Shown: piece by piece, positions 15,839 to 25,545 of the stretch
Numbering within the stretch: the first letter of the stretch is position 1
How the letters are laid out: each line of letters begins with the position of its first letter
Source: Actinomycetota bacterium
GTDB taxonomy: Bacteria > Actinomycetota > Actinomycetes > S36-B12
Direction of reading: 5' to 3'
Assembly (NCBI GenBank): GCA_027729865.1
Contig: JAQCBM010000001.1
Location: 1 to 26,786 of the forward strand
DNA length: 26,786 bases
Position numbers and translations under genes: made by a program
The notes under the pieces: model-generated
Seen by the model: only the letters and a program-made list of their open reading frames with translations
Database searches by the model: none
What the model was told of the DNA's origin: nothing

Positions 15839-17191
15839 ATGAACGGCTCGACGGTGTCGCGGCGCGTGGGAACCTTCCTCACGCTTGTGCTGATGAGTCT
15901 GGTGTTGGCAGTGGCCAGCCCCGTGCCGCAGGCAACCGCGGTGGTGGGTGGAGCCCCCGTCGCGGTCGAGCAGGTGCCCTGGCAGGCCTTGGTGATCGTC
16001 GAACCGGATAACCGGCTGTGCGGCGGCGCGATCGTCGATCCGGGATGGCTGGTAACCGCGGCCCACTGCGTTGTCGGGTTCCGCGGGGATCAGGTCGAGG
16101 CGCACGTGGGCATAACGTCCCTATCCGAACGCAGCCCCGGCAATGAAGTGCAGGTTGCTGAGGTGATCGTGCACCCATCGTGGGATCCGGCGAACTTTCG
16201 CAACGACATCGCGCTCTTGCGGCTCGCTACTCCGCTGTCAACAAACGCACGCGCTCGATCCATTTCGCTTCCGGTCGGTCTGGACGCAGCGACCTGGCCT
16301 CCTGCCGGAACTCCGGCAGCAATCAGCGGCTGGGGAGCCACGGAATTCGGTGGTCAACCGTCCAACCAACTGCGCCGCGCTCAAGTGCAGGTGCTCGGTG
16401 GACCCGGGGACACCATCTGCGGCAGGTACGGCAGCAACTTCGCCGCTGATGTGGAGATCTGCGCAGGTGCTCCCAGTGGTGGAATCGACGCATGCCAAGG
16501 CGACAGCGGAAGTCCGTTGGTGGTGGATGTTGCGGGAACACCGATGCTGGCGGGTTTGGTCAGCGTGGGCTTCGAGTGTGCGCGGGCGGAATACCCGGGT
16601 ATCTACACGCGGGTGACCTCGTTCATCCCTTGGCTGCAGGGATATTTGCCAGCAGCCGTATCTGCGCCATCGGTGCCGCAGGAAGTCCTCGTTGAGCCAA
16701 TCGCCGGTGAGCGACTCGTGGCTCAGTGGCAACCGCCGGTGGTTGGCGTGCAGCCGGCCTCGTACCGAGCGGTGGCGCAACCGGGTGGTCAGCGGTGCGA
16801 GGTGGCGGCAAATGAGCCCGCCTGCTTTATCACCGACGTGACGGCCGGAAAGTTGTACGAGGTAGTTGTGACCTCGATCCTCCCCGGTGGTGGGGAGGTG
16901 TCAGCCGAGCCCGTGCAGGCGGTGAGCGTTGACGGGGTCACGTCCGTTGGCGCGGTGGTCAAATCTCGGCGGTTAGCGCAGTGGGCCGGGCTTACCGTGC
17001 GGGCGCGCGACGATGTTCGACTGGCGGTGCGTCCGGGATCTCGGGACGTGTGCGCGCGGGTGGGACGAACCACCTCACCGCGGGGCGTTCGCACGAAGGA
17101 CGCAGGTCTGTGTGCGGTGCGGGTGAGTGTGATCAGGCCGAACGGCAAGGCTTCACGGTCGATCGCGTACATCGACGTTCGCCAGCGTTGA
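15839..17191 (+). CDS. Secreted trypsin-like serine protease (S1) with fibronectin type III-like and C-terminal domains
   Basis: Signal peptide, then VVGG, LCGG, TAAHC, DIALL, DACQGDSGSP (triad His/Asp/Ser; S1-pocket Asp), PGIYTRV; Fn3-like PSVP...QWQPP...Y...LYEVVV. Start uncertain (15803 or 15839). Confidence 0.88.
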   Translation: MNGSTVSRRVGTFLTLVLMSLVLAVASPVPQATAVVGGAPVAVEQVPWQALVIVEPDNRLCGGAIVDPGWLVTAAHCVVGFRGDQVEAHVGITSLSERSPGNEVQVAEVIVHPSWDPANFRNDIALLRLATPLSTNARARSISLPVGLDAATWPPAGTPAAISGWGATEFGGQPSNQLRRAQVQVLGGPGDTICGRYGSNFAADVEICAGAPSGGIDACQGDSGSPLVVDVAGTPMLAGLVSVGFECARAEYPGIYTRVTSFIPWLQGYLPAAVSAPSVPQEVLVEPIAGERLVAQWQPPVVGVQPASYRAVAQPGGQRCEVAANEPACFITDVTAGKLYEVVVTSILPGGGEVSAEPVQAVSVDGVTSVGAVVKSRRLAQWAGLTVRARDDVRLAVRPGSRDVCARVGRTTSPRGVRTKDAGLCAVRVSVIRPNGKASRSIAYIDVRQR

Positions 17192-17204
17192 TGTGAGTTG
17201 CTGA

Positions 17205-18137
17205 TTAGGAGCGCGGCAGTTGGTGCTGCTCTACCGCATAGGCACGCGGACCGTCGGGTGTCCATTCCCGATGGATGATCACCATGCCACCGGGAGCAAG
17301 GCGGGTATCCCACAACGGATCGGCATGGGTGTCTTCCGGTGTGAGGTTCAACCCCGCAGCGAGAGCGGAGAGCACAGTCGGCAGGACGGGCCGATGAGTG
17401 CAGACAACCATGGGTGCTGGATCGACTAGTAACTCGGTGACGCGTTTCTCAGTAACCGAAGGATCGAATGCGTGCCCCGATTCACTGATGGCTGCCTCGA
17501 GCTGCACATCCACGCCGATCGATTTCGCGTAGCGGTTAACCGTTGACAGACACCTCTTGAACGGCGAGGAATACACCCGTTCGATTCCATAGGCATCAAG
17601 AACGTCGGTGAGTCGCTTGGCTTCACCCCTACCTCTGCCCGACAGGGGTCGATCGGCGTCGTCATCTCCATCGAAGTCAGCGCGCTTCATCGCCTTTGCG
17701 TGCCGCAGGATGATCAGCGGAGTTGTGGGGGGCGCGGTGATTGCGTGCTTCACTAAGGCAGCGTCGTCCGGGTAGGTCAAGAAATCCTCGGCACCGGACA
17801 CTGGCACCCAGCGGATCTCGTCTACTTCCTCATCGGGGGCGAATCCTTCGTCACCTCGCACGCGACCGATCCAGTAGTCGACGACCTTGTTCTGACCGTC
17901 CGCTGTGTAGTGCAAGCTGGGTAGGCGCGTTGAGAGCGAAACCTGGAAGCCGGTCTCTTCGTCGCATTCGCGCACGGCAGCGCACGGCAGTGTCTCGCCG
18001 GCATCCACCTTGCCTTTGGGAAGCGACCAGTCTTTGCGGCTGGGTCGATGGACTGCCAGGAAGTGCTGATCGGGGTCCATTTCCGGGTGGAAGACCACCA
18101 CTCCGGCGGCGCGGATCGGTTCAGTTTCCTTGGCCAT
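17205..18137 (-). CDS. mutT1: Nudix hydrolase - histidine phosphatase fusion (MutT1-like)
   Basis: WSLPKGKVDAGETLPCAAVRECDEETG Nudix box; C-terminal LRHAKA...RPLS...SSPFKRC phosphatase fold; TGATG overlap with the CHAD stop; downstream of ppk1. Confidence 0.85.
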   Translation of the reverse strand: MAKETEPIRAAGVVVFHPEMDPDQHFLAVHRPSRKDWSLPKGKVDAGETLPCAAVRECDEETGFQVSLSTRLPSLHYTADGQNKVVDYWIGRVRGDEGFAPDEEVDEIRWVPVSGAEDFLTYPDDAALVKHAITAPPTTPLIILRHAKAMKRADFDGDDDADRPLSGRGRGEAKRLTDVLDAYGIERVYSSPFKRCLSTVNRYAKSIGVDVQLEAAISESGHAFDPSVTEKRVTELLVDPAPMVVCTHRPVLPTVLSALAAGLNLTPEDTHADPLWDTRLAPGGMVIIHREWTPDGPRAYAVEQHQLPRS

Positions 18138-19645
18138 CAGCGAAGTCCGAGTGAGTGAGCTTGGTGGGCGATATCTGGCCAACGCTTCACGAACGCGCGA
18201 ACGTCGTCGTCGCCCGCCGCTGCGCAGGTGGCTGAGTGAAGCCCCAACCGGTAGGCAATCGGCGAGGGCGCCGATTCGGCGATCTCCTCAAGCGTGTGGA
18301 TGGACACCTGTGCATCTTGCCGGGATCCGAGCGTGTCGGTGACCCAAGCCAGAGATTTCCCCAAGCGGCGGTAGCCCTCACCGAAGATGGGAGCAACCGC
18401 TTCGGCTGCGTAACGGGCCTTCTTGGCGTTAATGCGAATGCGGTGCCACTGTTCCGCGGGAGTGTTGAGGTCTGAACCCTTCACGCTACGACGCAGTTTC
18501 CGCCAGGGGGCGTCCACGCATTCGAGAATCGCGGCGCCAACCGGTTCGAAGGCGCGCGGACCCACTGGTGGCTCGCTGACTAGGAGGATCAGATCCTCGA
18601 TCAGGAAATCGTGTCGGTCGCTGCGAAGTGCAGCAAGGGCACTGGAGCGCGCGGCCCGAAGTCTTTGCTCGAGATATTCGACAACGAACGCGCACGCATC
18701 GTGGTCGTGGATGTCCTCACTCAAGGCGGCGAGTTGGACCTCGGTGTCACGCACCTGGCCGAGTTCGGTGGCCAGCCATGCCAATTCCTCGCGCAGGAAT
18801 GACGTCGTCTCGGTGTCCAGCAGGGGCCGGAAGGTGGTGAGTGCTGCGCGAAGTCGTCTACAGGCGACCCGCATTTGGTGCACGGAGTCAGGGAGGTTGC
18901 GCCGTACACCAACATCCGCCATCAATAGATCACGCACGTAACGGCTGAAGATTGCCTGCAGGGCATTGATCGCAGGGGCATCAAGGTCCGGGTAATCCAA
19001 GATGGGAACGTCGGGTGGATCACCAGCGCGGCGACCAAGCGCCTGCGCAGCCTTGCTGAGGGAACTGGGTTCGGCCCCAGCGCTCAACAGCGCTGCGCTG
19101 ACGACGCTGGCAAGTTCCGCACCGGCCCGCGAATCGTCAAGCAATTCGACTTCCACTTCTCGGAACACTGTGCTCGGAGTCGATCCGGGAGTGCCCACAC
19201 TTACCCGATCATCAACCACTTCGACGAGGTGATCGTCGGTTTCACCCTTGATCAGGAACGGCGTGCGCTCGGTATTCACCTGAGCCATAGCGGTGATGTC
19301 CTGGCGACGAATCAATGGCGCGGCGATGGAAGCTAGTTCTACCGGCACGGCATCTGCTGGCTTATCGACACGGATTTCATCTCGAGAACTCGAGCCGGCA
19401 GATGGTGCGGTCGGCACTTTCATGTGCCAGCCATCGTCACCGCCTCCAGTGCGGTGGCGAAGGGTGATACCCCACCTCAGCAGGTTCAGGTTGGGGGTGT
19501 CGTAGTACGTGGCAGACATCGACCGAACAGGCTCTCGCGAGAACTGAGTGTCCGCGCCGCGAAGGAGCTCCTCCAGATCCAACGTCACATCCGCGGGAAC
19601 CCGGTACTTGAACTCGATTTCCCGGTGCTCGGTAACGCCGCTCAC
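18137..19645 (-). CDS. CYTH + CHAD domain protein (polyphosphate-associated)
   Basis: N-terminal EIEFKY (ExExK), YYDTP..L...[16 protein letters not shown]; CHAD motifs [12 protein letters not shown] and [12 protein letters not shown]; in an operon with ppk1. Confidence 0.9.
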   Translation of the reverse strand: MSGVTEHREIEFKYRVPADVTLDLEELLRGADTQFSREPVRSMSATYYDTPNLNLLRWGITLRHRTGGGDDGWHMKVPTAPSAGSSSRDEIRVDKPADAVPVELASIAAPLIRRQDITAMAQVNTERTPFLIKGETDDHLVEVVDDRVSVGTPGSTPSTVFREVEVELLDDSRAGAELASVVSAALLSAGAEPSSLSKAAQALGRRAGDPPDVPILDYPDLDAPAINALQAIFSRYVRDLLMADVGVRRNLPDSVHQMRVACRRLRAALTTFRPLLDTETTSFLREELAWLATELGQVRDTEVQLAALSEDIHDHDACAFVVEYLEQRLRAARSSALAALRSDRHDFLIEDLILLVSEPPVGPRAFEPVGAAILECVDAPWRKLRRSVKGSDLNTPAEQWHRIRINAKKARYAAEAVAPIFGEGYRRLGKSLAWVTDTLGSRQDAQVSIHTLEEIAESAPSPIAYRLGLHSATCAAAGDDDVRAFVKRWPDIAHQAHSLGLR

Positions 19646-21798
19646 GCGCTCCCCAGCGCACTCACGCGCTTGCTCTTCTGGCTGATCAGATACTCCTGCA
19701 GATCACGCAGGGGATTTCCGTCCTCACCCATCAGTTTGCGGTGCCACTGGCCGTTCACGTCAAGATCCCAAGCCGCGGTGTCCTCCGCGAAGCCAAGATC
19801 GAAGAGGTCGTATACCTCCGATATCTGCTCGGGATCGGCCAAACTCACGAGTGTTTCCACGCGGCGATCCAAGTTGCGGTGCATCAAATCGGCAGAGCCG
19901 ATCCACACCGAGTGGTTTCCACCGTTGGCGAAGCAGTAGGCACGCGAGTGCTCGAGGAAGCGTCCGAGGATGCTGCGCACGCGAATGGTGTCGCTGATAC
20001 CGGGCATTCCTGGGCGCAGTGCACAGATTCCGCGGACCCACACCTCAATTGGCACACCGGCGGACGACGCGCGATAGAGAGCGTCGATGATCTCCTCGTC
20101 GACCAGGGCGTTGCACTTGAAGCGAATTCCCGATGTGCGACCTGCCAACTTGTGTTCGATTTCCCGATCGATGCGTTCGATGAGCCCAGCGCGCACCGAG
20201 TGTGGTGCAACGAGGAACCGCTTGTAATCGGTATTGCGGGAGTATCCGGACAGCACGTTAAATAGGTTGGAAACGTCCTCACCCACATCGGGATTCGACG
20301 TCAGTAGGCCGAAGTCCTCATAGAGCCTGGCGGTCTTGGGGTGGTAGTTGCCGGTGCCGATATGGCAGTAACGGCGCAGTTGGTCGCCGTCGTTGCGCAC
20401 CACCATCGAGAGTTTGCTGTGGGTCTTCAAGCCAACCAGCCCATAGACCACATGCACACCGGCTTGCTCGAGCTTGCGCGCCCATTCAATGTTGTTCTGC
20501 TCATCGAATCGGGCCTTGATCTCCACGAGCGCGAGGACCTGCTTACCCTCTTCAGCCGCGCGGATGAGCGCGACAACGATCGGGGAATCGCCTGAGGTCC
20601 GGTAGAGCGTCTGCTTGATGGCCAGCACGTTCGGGTCCACGGCTGCCTGCTCCAAGAACAGCTGGACGCTGGTGGAGAAGGAGTCGTATGGGTGGTGCAG
20701 CAGCACATCGCGCTCGCGCACGATCGACAGGATGTCCGGAGCCTTCGCGCTCTCGACCTCACTCAGTTGCCTCGAAGTCTTAGGTACGAACTTTCGCTGC
20801 TTGAGGTCGTCGCGATCGAGGCCGACGACGCTCCACAGTCCGGTCATGTCGAGCGGGCCAGGCAGCCGGAATACTTCCTGTTCGGAGATGTCGAGTTCGC
20901 TCACCAGCAGTTCGAGGACGTGTGGATCTATGTCCTCTTCCACTTCGAGTCGAACCGGCGGCCCGAAACGGCGTCGAACGAGCTCACGCTCAAGCGCCTT
21001 GAGTAAATTTTCGGCGTCGTCCTCTTCCACCTCGACGTCTTCGTTTCGTGTTACACGGAATGCGTGGTGCTCGCAGATCTCCATACCGGGGAAGAGTTCG
21101 TCGAGATGTGCGGCGATGACGTCCTCGAGTGGCACGAAGCGTTGCGGTCCTACTTCCACGAAGCGCGGCAACAGCGGTGGCACCTTCACGCGTGCGAAGA
21201 GTTCATTCCCGGTGGCCGGATTACGAACGACGACGGCCAGGTTCAGTGAGAGTCCGCTGATGTAGGGGAAGGGGTGGGACGGATCGACCGCCAGTGGCGT
21301 GAGGATCGGGAAGACCTTGTTGTCGAAGAACCGATCCATCTCGGTCTTCTCAACGGGCGTGAGTTCCTCCCAGCGCAGCAGCCCGATGCCCTGGGCCTCG
21401 AGCTCGGGCCGGATTTCGTGGCGGAAGATGTCGGCCTGGCGAATCTGTAATTCGTACGCGCGCGCCCAGATAGCTTCGAGCACCTCTCGTGGGGTGTAGC
21501 CGCTGGATGAGCGCACGGCAATCCCGGTGGCGATGCGCCGCTTGAGACCGGCCACCCGCACCATGAAGAACTCGTCGAGGTTGCTGGCGAAGATTGCCAG
21601 GAACTTGGTGCGATCAAGAAGGGGGAGTTCGGGATCCGTACTCAGTTCTAGAACACGTTGATTGAAGGCGAGCCAGGACAACTCACGATCAAGGAAGCGA
21701 TCGGCAGGCAGGTCCTCCTCCGCGACGCGGATGCGCTCCACGGCGTCCTCGGAAATGGGAGATAGCGCGCTCGTGTCAGAAAACTCCTGCGTGGTCAC
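19642..21798 (-). CDS. ppk1: Polyphosphate kinase 1
   Basis: [56 protein letters not shown] (phospho-His), [30 protein letters not shown]. Confidence 0.97.
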   Translation of the reverse strand: MTTQEFSDTSALSPISEDAVERIRVAEEDLPADRFLDRELSWLAFNQRVLELSTDPELPLLDRTKFLAIFASNLDEFFMVRVAGLKRRIATGIAVRSSSGYTPREVLEAIWARAYELQIRQADIFRHEIRPELEAQGIGLLRWEELTPVEKTEMDRFFDNKVFPILTPLAVDPSHPFPYISGLSLNLAVVVRNPATGNELFARVKVPPLLPRFVEVGPQRFVPLEDVIAAHLDELFPGMEICEHHAFRVTRNEDVEVEEDDAENLLKALERELVRRRFGPPVRLEVEEDIDPHVLELLVSELDISEQEVFRLPGPLDMTGLWSVVGLDRDDLKQRKFVPKTSRQLSEVESAKAPDILSIVRERDVLLHHPYDSFSTSVQLFLEQAAVDPNVLAIKQTLYRTSGDSPIVVALIRAAEEGKQVLALVEIKARFDEQNNIEWARKLEQAGVHVVYGLVGLKTHSKLSMVVRNDGDQLRRYCHIGTGNYHPKTARLYEDFGLLTSNPDVGEDVSNLFNVLSGYSRNTDYKRFLVAPHSVRAGLIERIDREIEHKLAGRTSGIRFKCNALVDEEIIDALYRASSAGVPIEVWVRGICALRPGMPGISDTIRVRSILGRFLEHSRAYCFANGGNHSVWIGSADLMHRNLDRRVETLVSLADPEQISEVYDLFDLGFAEDTAAWDLDVNGQWHRKLMGEDGNPLRDLQEYLISQKSKRVSALGSA

Positions 21799-21849
21799 GC
21801 TGTCATGTTGCCACAGCGAAGTGAACAGACACCGTACGTAACCCGACGT

Positions 21850-22824
21850 TCAGACTCCTGACCGGTACATGACATCCGTATCCCAGCGGACGAACCCCAG
21901 GGACTCGTAGAGGCGGATCGCGGCCAAGTTGGAAGCATTGACGAACAACATGACCTGGTCCAGACCCAAGCGCCTGAGGTGATGCAGCCCCGCAAGGGTG
22001 AGAGAGCGTCCCAGACCCGTGCCCTGCCAGTTGGGGGCAACCGCCAGCACGTACACCTCGCCGATTGCTTCGTGGGTGTGAGCCTGCTGGTGGAGCCCGG
22101 TTCCGTGCTCATGACCCACATGCTCGTGACCCACATGGCGGTGCGCACCATGCACCTTGGTCCAGTGGAATCCGGCGAGCTCTCGGTTCTCGTCCCACGC
22201 CAGCAGGAATCCCGCGGGATCGAACCACGCTTCCTTCTCTCTCAGTTGCAGGTCTTCGAGCGTCCACGATCCCTGGTCGGGTAATTGCGCGAAAGCCTGC
22301 GCATTCAGCGTTAGAACCGGCTGTTCGTCGACGCCCACCTCGAACGTGGTGATATCGATTCCTGCGGGAAACCGCGCTTCGGGAAGGGATGCGTGCAGTG
22401 AGCGACGCATCTGCCACAGCGTTCGGTGTCTTTCGAATTTCAACGCTTGTGCGAGTTTGGTCGCGGCGATGTGTTCTCCATGTGCCCATAGCCGCAAACG
22501 CCCATCAGCGATTCCCAAGAGAGACGTCACCAGTTCGCGACCCACACCGCGCTGTCGATGTTGCGGATGCACCACGAGTTCGGCGCTGGGCCCTTCGACT
22601 GCATCTGTTGTGTCCAGGTGCGCATATCCAATGAGGTCTCCGGATGGTCCGCGCGCCAACAGGTGCGTGGATTCCTCGTCACCACCATGAATGACGTGTA
22701 GCCACACGTGTTCACTCAACGGACGCACGCCGTCGGATTCCGTTGCGGCGGACAGCAGGTCTTGCAGTTCGTGAACCTGCGAGTGGTCCAGATGATCGAG
22801 GGTGGAGAGCGAGATCTCGCTCAT
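21850..22824 (-). CDS. mshD: Mycothiol synthase (tandem GNAT acetyltransferase)
   Basis: DGVRPLSEH, ELVVHPQHRQRGVG, WAHG, PDQGSW, GFHWTKVH, GEVYVLAV, GLGRSL; directly downstream of glnR as in other actinobacteria; start trimmed to ATG 22824. Confidence 0.92.
   Translation of the reverse strand: MSEISLSTLDHLDHSQVHELQDLLSAATESDGVRPLSEHVWLHVIHGGDEESTHLLARGPSGDLIGYAHLDTTDAVEGPSAELVVHPQHRQRGVGRELVTSLLGIADGRLRLWAHGEHIAATKLAQALKFERHRTLWQMRRSLHASLPEARFPAGIDITTFEVGVDEQPVLTLNAQAFAQLPDQGSWTLEDLQLREKEAWFDPAGFLLAWDENRELAGFHWTKVHGAHRHVGHEHVGHEHGTGLHQQAHTHEAIGEVYVLAVAPNWQGTGLGRSLTLAGLHHLRRLGLDQVMLFVNASNLAAIRLYESLGFVRWDTDVMYRSGV
22106..22135. repeat. 15-bp tandem duplication inside mshD encoding HVGHE x2
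   Basis: TGCTCATGACCCACA / TGCTCGTGACCCACA adjacent, 14/15 identical. Confidence 0.8.
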
Positions 22825-22828
22825 GGTG

Positions 22829-23572
22829 CTACGCCTGTTCGGTGACGTCGGCGGTTGCGTGTTCATCCAAGGTGGCGATGGTCTGCGCATCGGCCCGTTC
22901 GGGAACGAACCGGTAGCCGACGTTGCGAACGGTGCCGATCAGTGCCTCGTACTCCGGTCCGAGTTTCGCGCGCAGGCGGCGCACATGAACGTCCACGGTA
23001 CGCGTGCCACCGAAGTAGTCGTAACCCCACACTTCCTGTAGCAAAACCGCGCGGGTGAAAACACGGCCCGGGTGGTGGGCCAGGAACTTCAGCAGTTCGA
23101 ATTCTTTGAATGTGAGATCCAGGCTGCGTCCGCGCAGGCGAGCGCTGTAGCTGGCTTCGTCGATATGCAGATCACCCGAGCGGATTTCCTCGGGCTCATC
23201 CGGAGTGGTGCTGCCCGACGTTTGTCCGTTGCGGGAAACGGCGAGTCGGAGCCGCGCCTCAACCTCGGCCGGGGAAGTGGTGTCGACCAGGATCTCGTCC
23301 ATTCCCCAGTCCCACTGGATGGCGGGCAACCCGCCCTCGGTGGTGACCACGATGACCGGGATCCCCACCCCGGTTTGCCGCAGGAGGCGGGTGAGGCCCC
23401 GCACCGCTGGGAGGTCACGGCGGCCGTCCACCAGCAGCGCGTCGGCTTCAGGTGCAGCCAGGAGAGCGGTCGGTTCGGCGGCCATGATCCGTACGTGGTG
23501 GGCCAGAAGCGCCAAGGAGGGGAGAACCTCGGCGGAGGACTCCATCGCGCGGGTCAGCAGGATCAGTCGCAT
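22829..23572 (-). CDS. glnR: GlnR, orphan OmpR-family nitrogen-metabolism response regulator
   Basis: Atypical receiver [11 protein letters not shown]...LLVDGRRDL...TEGGL...DWG.DEIL...[11 protein letters not shown]; w[27 protein letters not shown]...[20 protein letters not shown]; SD AGGAGG; adjacent to mshD. Confidence 0.88.
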   Translation of the reverse strand: MRLILLTRAMESSAEVLPSLALLAHHVRIMAAEPTALLAAPEADALLVDGRRDLPAVRGLTRLLRQTGVGIPVIVVTTEGGLPAIQWDWGMDEILVDTTSPAEVEARLRLAVSRNGQTSGSTTPDEPEEIRSGDLHIDEASYSARLRGRSLDLTFKEFELLKFLAHHPGRVFTRAVLLQEVWGYDYFGGTRTVDVHVRRLRAKLGPEYEALIGTVRNVGYRFVPERADAQTIATLDEHATADVTEQA

Positions 23573-23676
23573 AGCGCCTCCTGCCGTATCTGCCTAGGCA
23601 GGTCCCCACGTACGCGGGTAACCCGAATCGATCAGGGGAAAGGGTACGCGGTAGGCCGTTCGGCCAGAATGGGCGC

Positions 23677-24525
23677 ATGGCGCTGACCCACAAGAAGTCC
23701 GAGTTCGCGCTCGATCACCCACCGGCTGACTTCCGGCCCGAGGAGACCTCTCTTCTCACGGTCGATGGCGAAACCCTCAGCGCCGGGTGGGTTCCCGGTC
23801 GATCGGGTGCCGCACGTGGCTTGGCTTTCGTTCTAGCCCACGGCTTCACCGGCAGTTGGCGCGAACCTCGGGTCCAGGCGGTTCAGGCGCATCTGTCGAA
23901 ATTCGGCGACGTTCTATCCATCGATCAGCGTGGACACGGGCAGTCGACCGGCTTGTGCACCGTTGGCATGGATGAAGTACTCGACGTCGATGCCGCTGTT
24001 GGTCACGTTCGCACGCACACCGGCGCTCGCTCAGTCATCACGGTGGGCTTCTCAATGGGTGGCTCCGTGGTCTTGCGCCAAGGCGCACTTGCACCGGGCA
24101 GCATCCACGCCCCCGAGCATCGACCCGATGCCGTGGTGAGCGTGAGCGCCCCCGGCTTCTGGTTCTACCGCGGCACCAAGGTGATGCGTTTGGTCCACCG
24201 GCTCATCGAGAATCCAGCTGGTCGTGCCTTACTGCGTTCTCGCGGTGTTCGACTGACGTCGACCCCCTGGCCGGAACCACCGCCGTGGTCACCGGAAGAC
24301 AGCGTTCGGCGTATGGGTGACTTCCCGCTCCTGGTGGTGCACGGCGATATCGATCACTATTTCCCGGTTGAGCACGCGCGGGTTCTCGAACGCGCTGCCG
24401 AGGAAGCCGGCAATTCGCGCGCCGAAGTGATCATCGTGCCCGGCTTCGCGCACGCTGAGTCCACCGTCGATATCCAGACGATGGAGCGCATCGGCAAATG
24501 GGCGACCGGTTACGCATCTTCGTGA
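23677..24525 (+). CDS. Alpha/beta hydrolase fold protein
   Basis: HGFTG, DQRGHGQS, nucleophile elbow GFSMGG, VHGDIDHYF, GFAHAE; CAGAAT-N6-ATG leaderless signature. Confidence 0.88.
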   Translation: MALTHKKSEFALDHPPADFRPEETSLLTVDGETLSAGWVPGRSGAARGLAFVLAHGFTGSWREPRVQAVQAHLSKFGDVLSIDQRGHGQSTGLCTVGMDEVLDVDAAVGHVRTHTGARSVITVGFSMGGSVVLRQGALAPGSIHAPEHRPDAVVSVSAPGFWFYRGTKVMRLVHRLIENPAGRALLRSRGVRLTSTPWPEPPPWSPEDSVRRMGDFPLLVVHGDIDHYFPVEHARVLERAAEEAGNSRAEVIIVPGFAHAESTVDIQTMERIGKWATGYASS

Positions 24526-24848
24526 TGCGACCGCTGCCCGCAGACTCTTCCCTCGGAGCAACAGCAACAATCGTGCAGTTCTCCAGTGCCTTCTGTCAGC
24601 CGTGTCGTGCTACGCGGCGAACATTGCGCCATGTTGTCGAAGATCTCGTCACGACCGTCGATGGCATCGAACTCATCGAAATAGATGCCGACGATCACCT
24701 GAATGTGACCCGAGCCTGGGGTATCGAATCGACACCCACGGTGGTCTTCCTCGATGCCCGGGGTCAGGAGGTCCTACGTGCCGGCGGACAGCCGCGCACC
24801 GCGGATGTTCTTGCCGCACTGGCGCAGGTACTTGACGCGAATCACTGA
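24522..24848 (+). CDS. Thioredoxin-like protein (ThiX-type)
   Basis: FSSAFCQPCR CxxC, EIDAD, cis-Pro motif STPT; start (GTG 24522 or ATG 24525) overlaps the hydrolase stop. Confidence 0.82.
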   Translation: MMRPLPADSSLGATATIVQFSSAFCQPCRATRRTLRHVVEDLVTTVDGIELIEIDADDHLNVTRAWGIESTPTVVFLDARGQEVLRAGGQPRTADVLAALAQVLDANH

Positions 24849-24876
24849 ACCGGTAGTGAGCCGGTAGATTGCTGTC

Positions 24877-24978
24877 ATGCTTGAGATCTTCTACACCGGC
24901 CTGCTCGTGATCGCGATCGCCGCCGCCGGTTGGTTCTCCTTCTACGTGGTCTACAAACTCTTCAAGGGTCAGAGCTAG
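24877..24978 (+). CDS. 33-aa single-pass membrane peptide (absent from the ORF track)
   Basis: MLEIFYTGLLVIAIAAAGWFSFYVVYKLFKGQS*; TAGATT-N6-ATG leaderless promoter; GC3-rich codons; stop 2 nt before the nitrobindin ATG. Confidence 0.72.
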   Translation: MLEIFYTGLLVIAIAAAGWFSFYVVYKLFKGQS

Positions 24979-24980
24979 GA

Positions 24981-25535
24981 ATGGTTGCCGGACTGCCCGA
25001 TGAGTTGGCCCACCTGTCCTGGCTGATCGGTCGCTGGGTGGGAGTGGGCACCGGCCAATACCCCACGATCGAGGATTTCCGCTTCGGTCAAGAGGTGTCT
25101 TTCTCCACCGACGGTCGCCCTTTCCTGTCCTATTGGTCGCGTAGCTGGCTATTGGACGACGACGGCAACCAGGTGCGCCCCCTTGCCACCGAAACTGGGT
25201 TCTGGCGCCCGCGCCCGGAGAACGGCTTCGAGGTGACCCTGGACCACCCCACCGGCTTCGCGGAGATTTGGTACGGCTCGGTGGAAGTGACCGGGCTGGA
25301 GAACGCCACGATCACCGGCGCCCGCGCGACGATGCGCACGGACGCCGTCATGCGCACGAACAGCGCCAAGGAGTACACCGAAGGCGAGCGGCTCTACGGA
25401 TTGGTCGACGGGAAGTTGCTGTGGACGTTCGACATGGCGGCCATGGGCGAACCGCTACAGAATCATCTGGCGGCCTCACTAGTTCGCGAAGACGCACCGG
25501 TCGATGCATCGACCGACGAGCAAGCCGATCACTAA
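24981..25535 (+). CDS. Nitrobindin / FABP-like beta-barrel protein (DUF1794)
   Basis: LSWLIGRWVG, FGQEVSF, ETGFWR, HPTGFAE, RLYGLVDG, C-terminal NHLAASL (candidate heme-ligand His); start trimmed to ATG 24981. Confidence 0.85.
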   Translation: MVAGLPDELAHLSWLIGRWVGVGTGQYPTIEDFRFGQEVSFSTDGRPFLSYWSRSWLLDDDGNQVRPLATETGFWRPRPENGFEVTLDHPTGFAEIWYGSVEVTGLENATITGARATMRTDAVMRTNSAKEYTEGERLYGLVDGKLLWTFDMAAMGEPLQNHLAASLVREDAPVDASTDEQADH

Positions 25536-25545
25536 GGAACTGACG

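Noticed and set aside
21805-21849. PHO box or GlnR box upstream of ppk1 (GTTAC...GTTCAC on the minus strand)
   Set aside because: Only one good half-site; the 11-bp-spaced partner is poor, so it cannot be supported.
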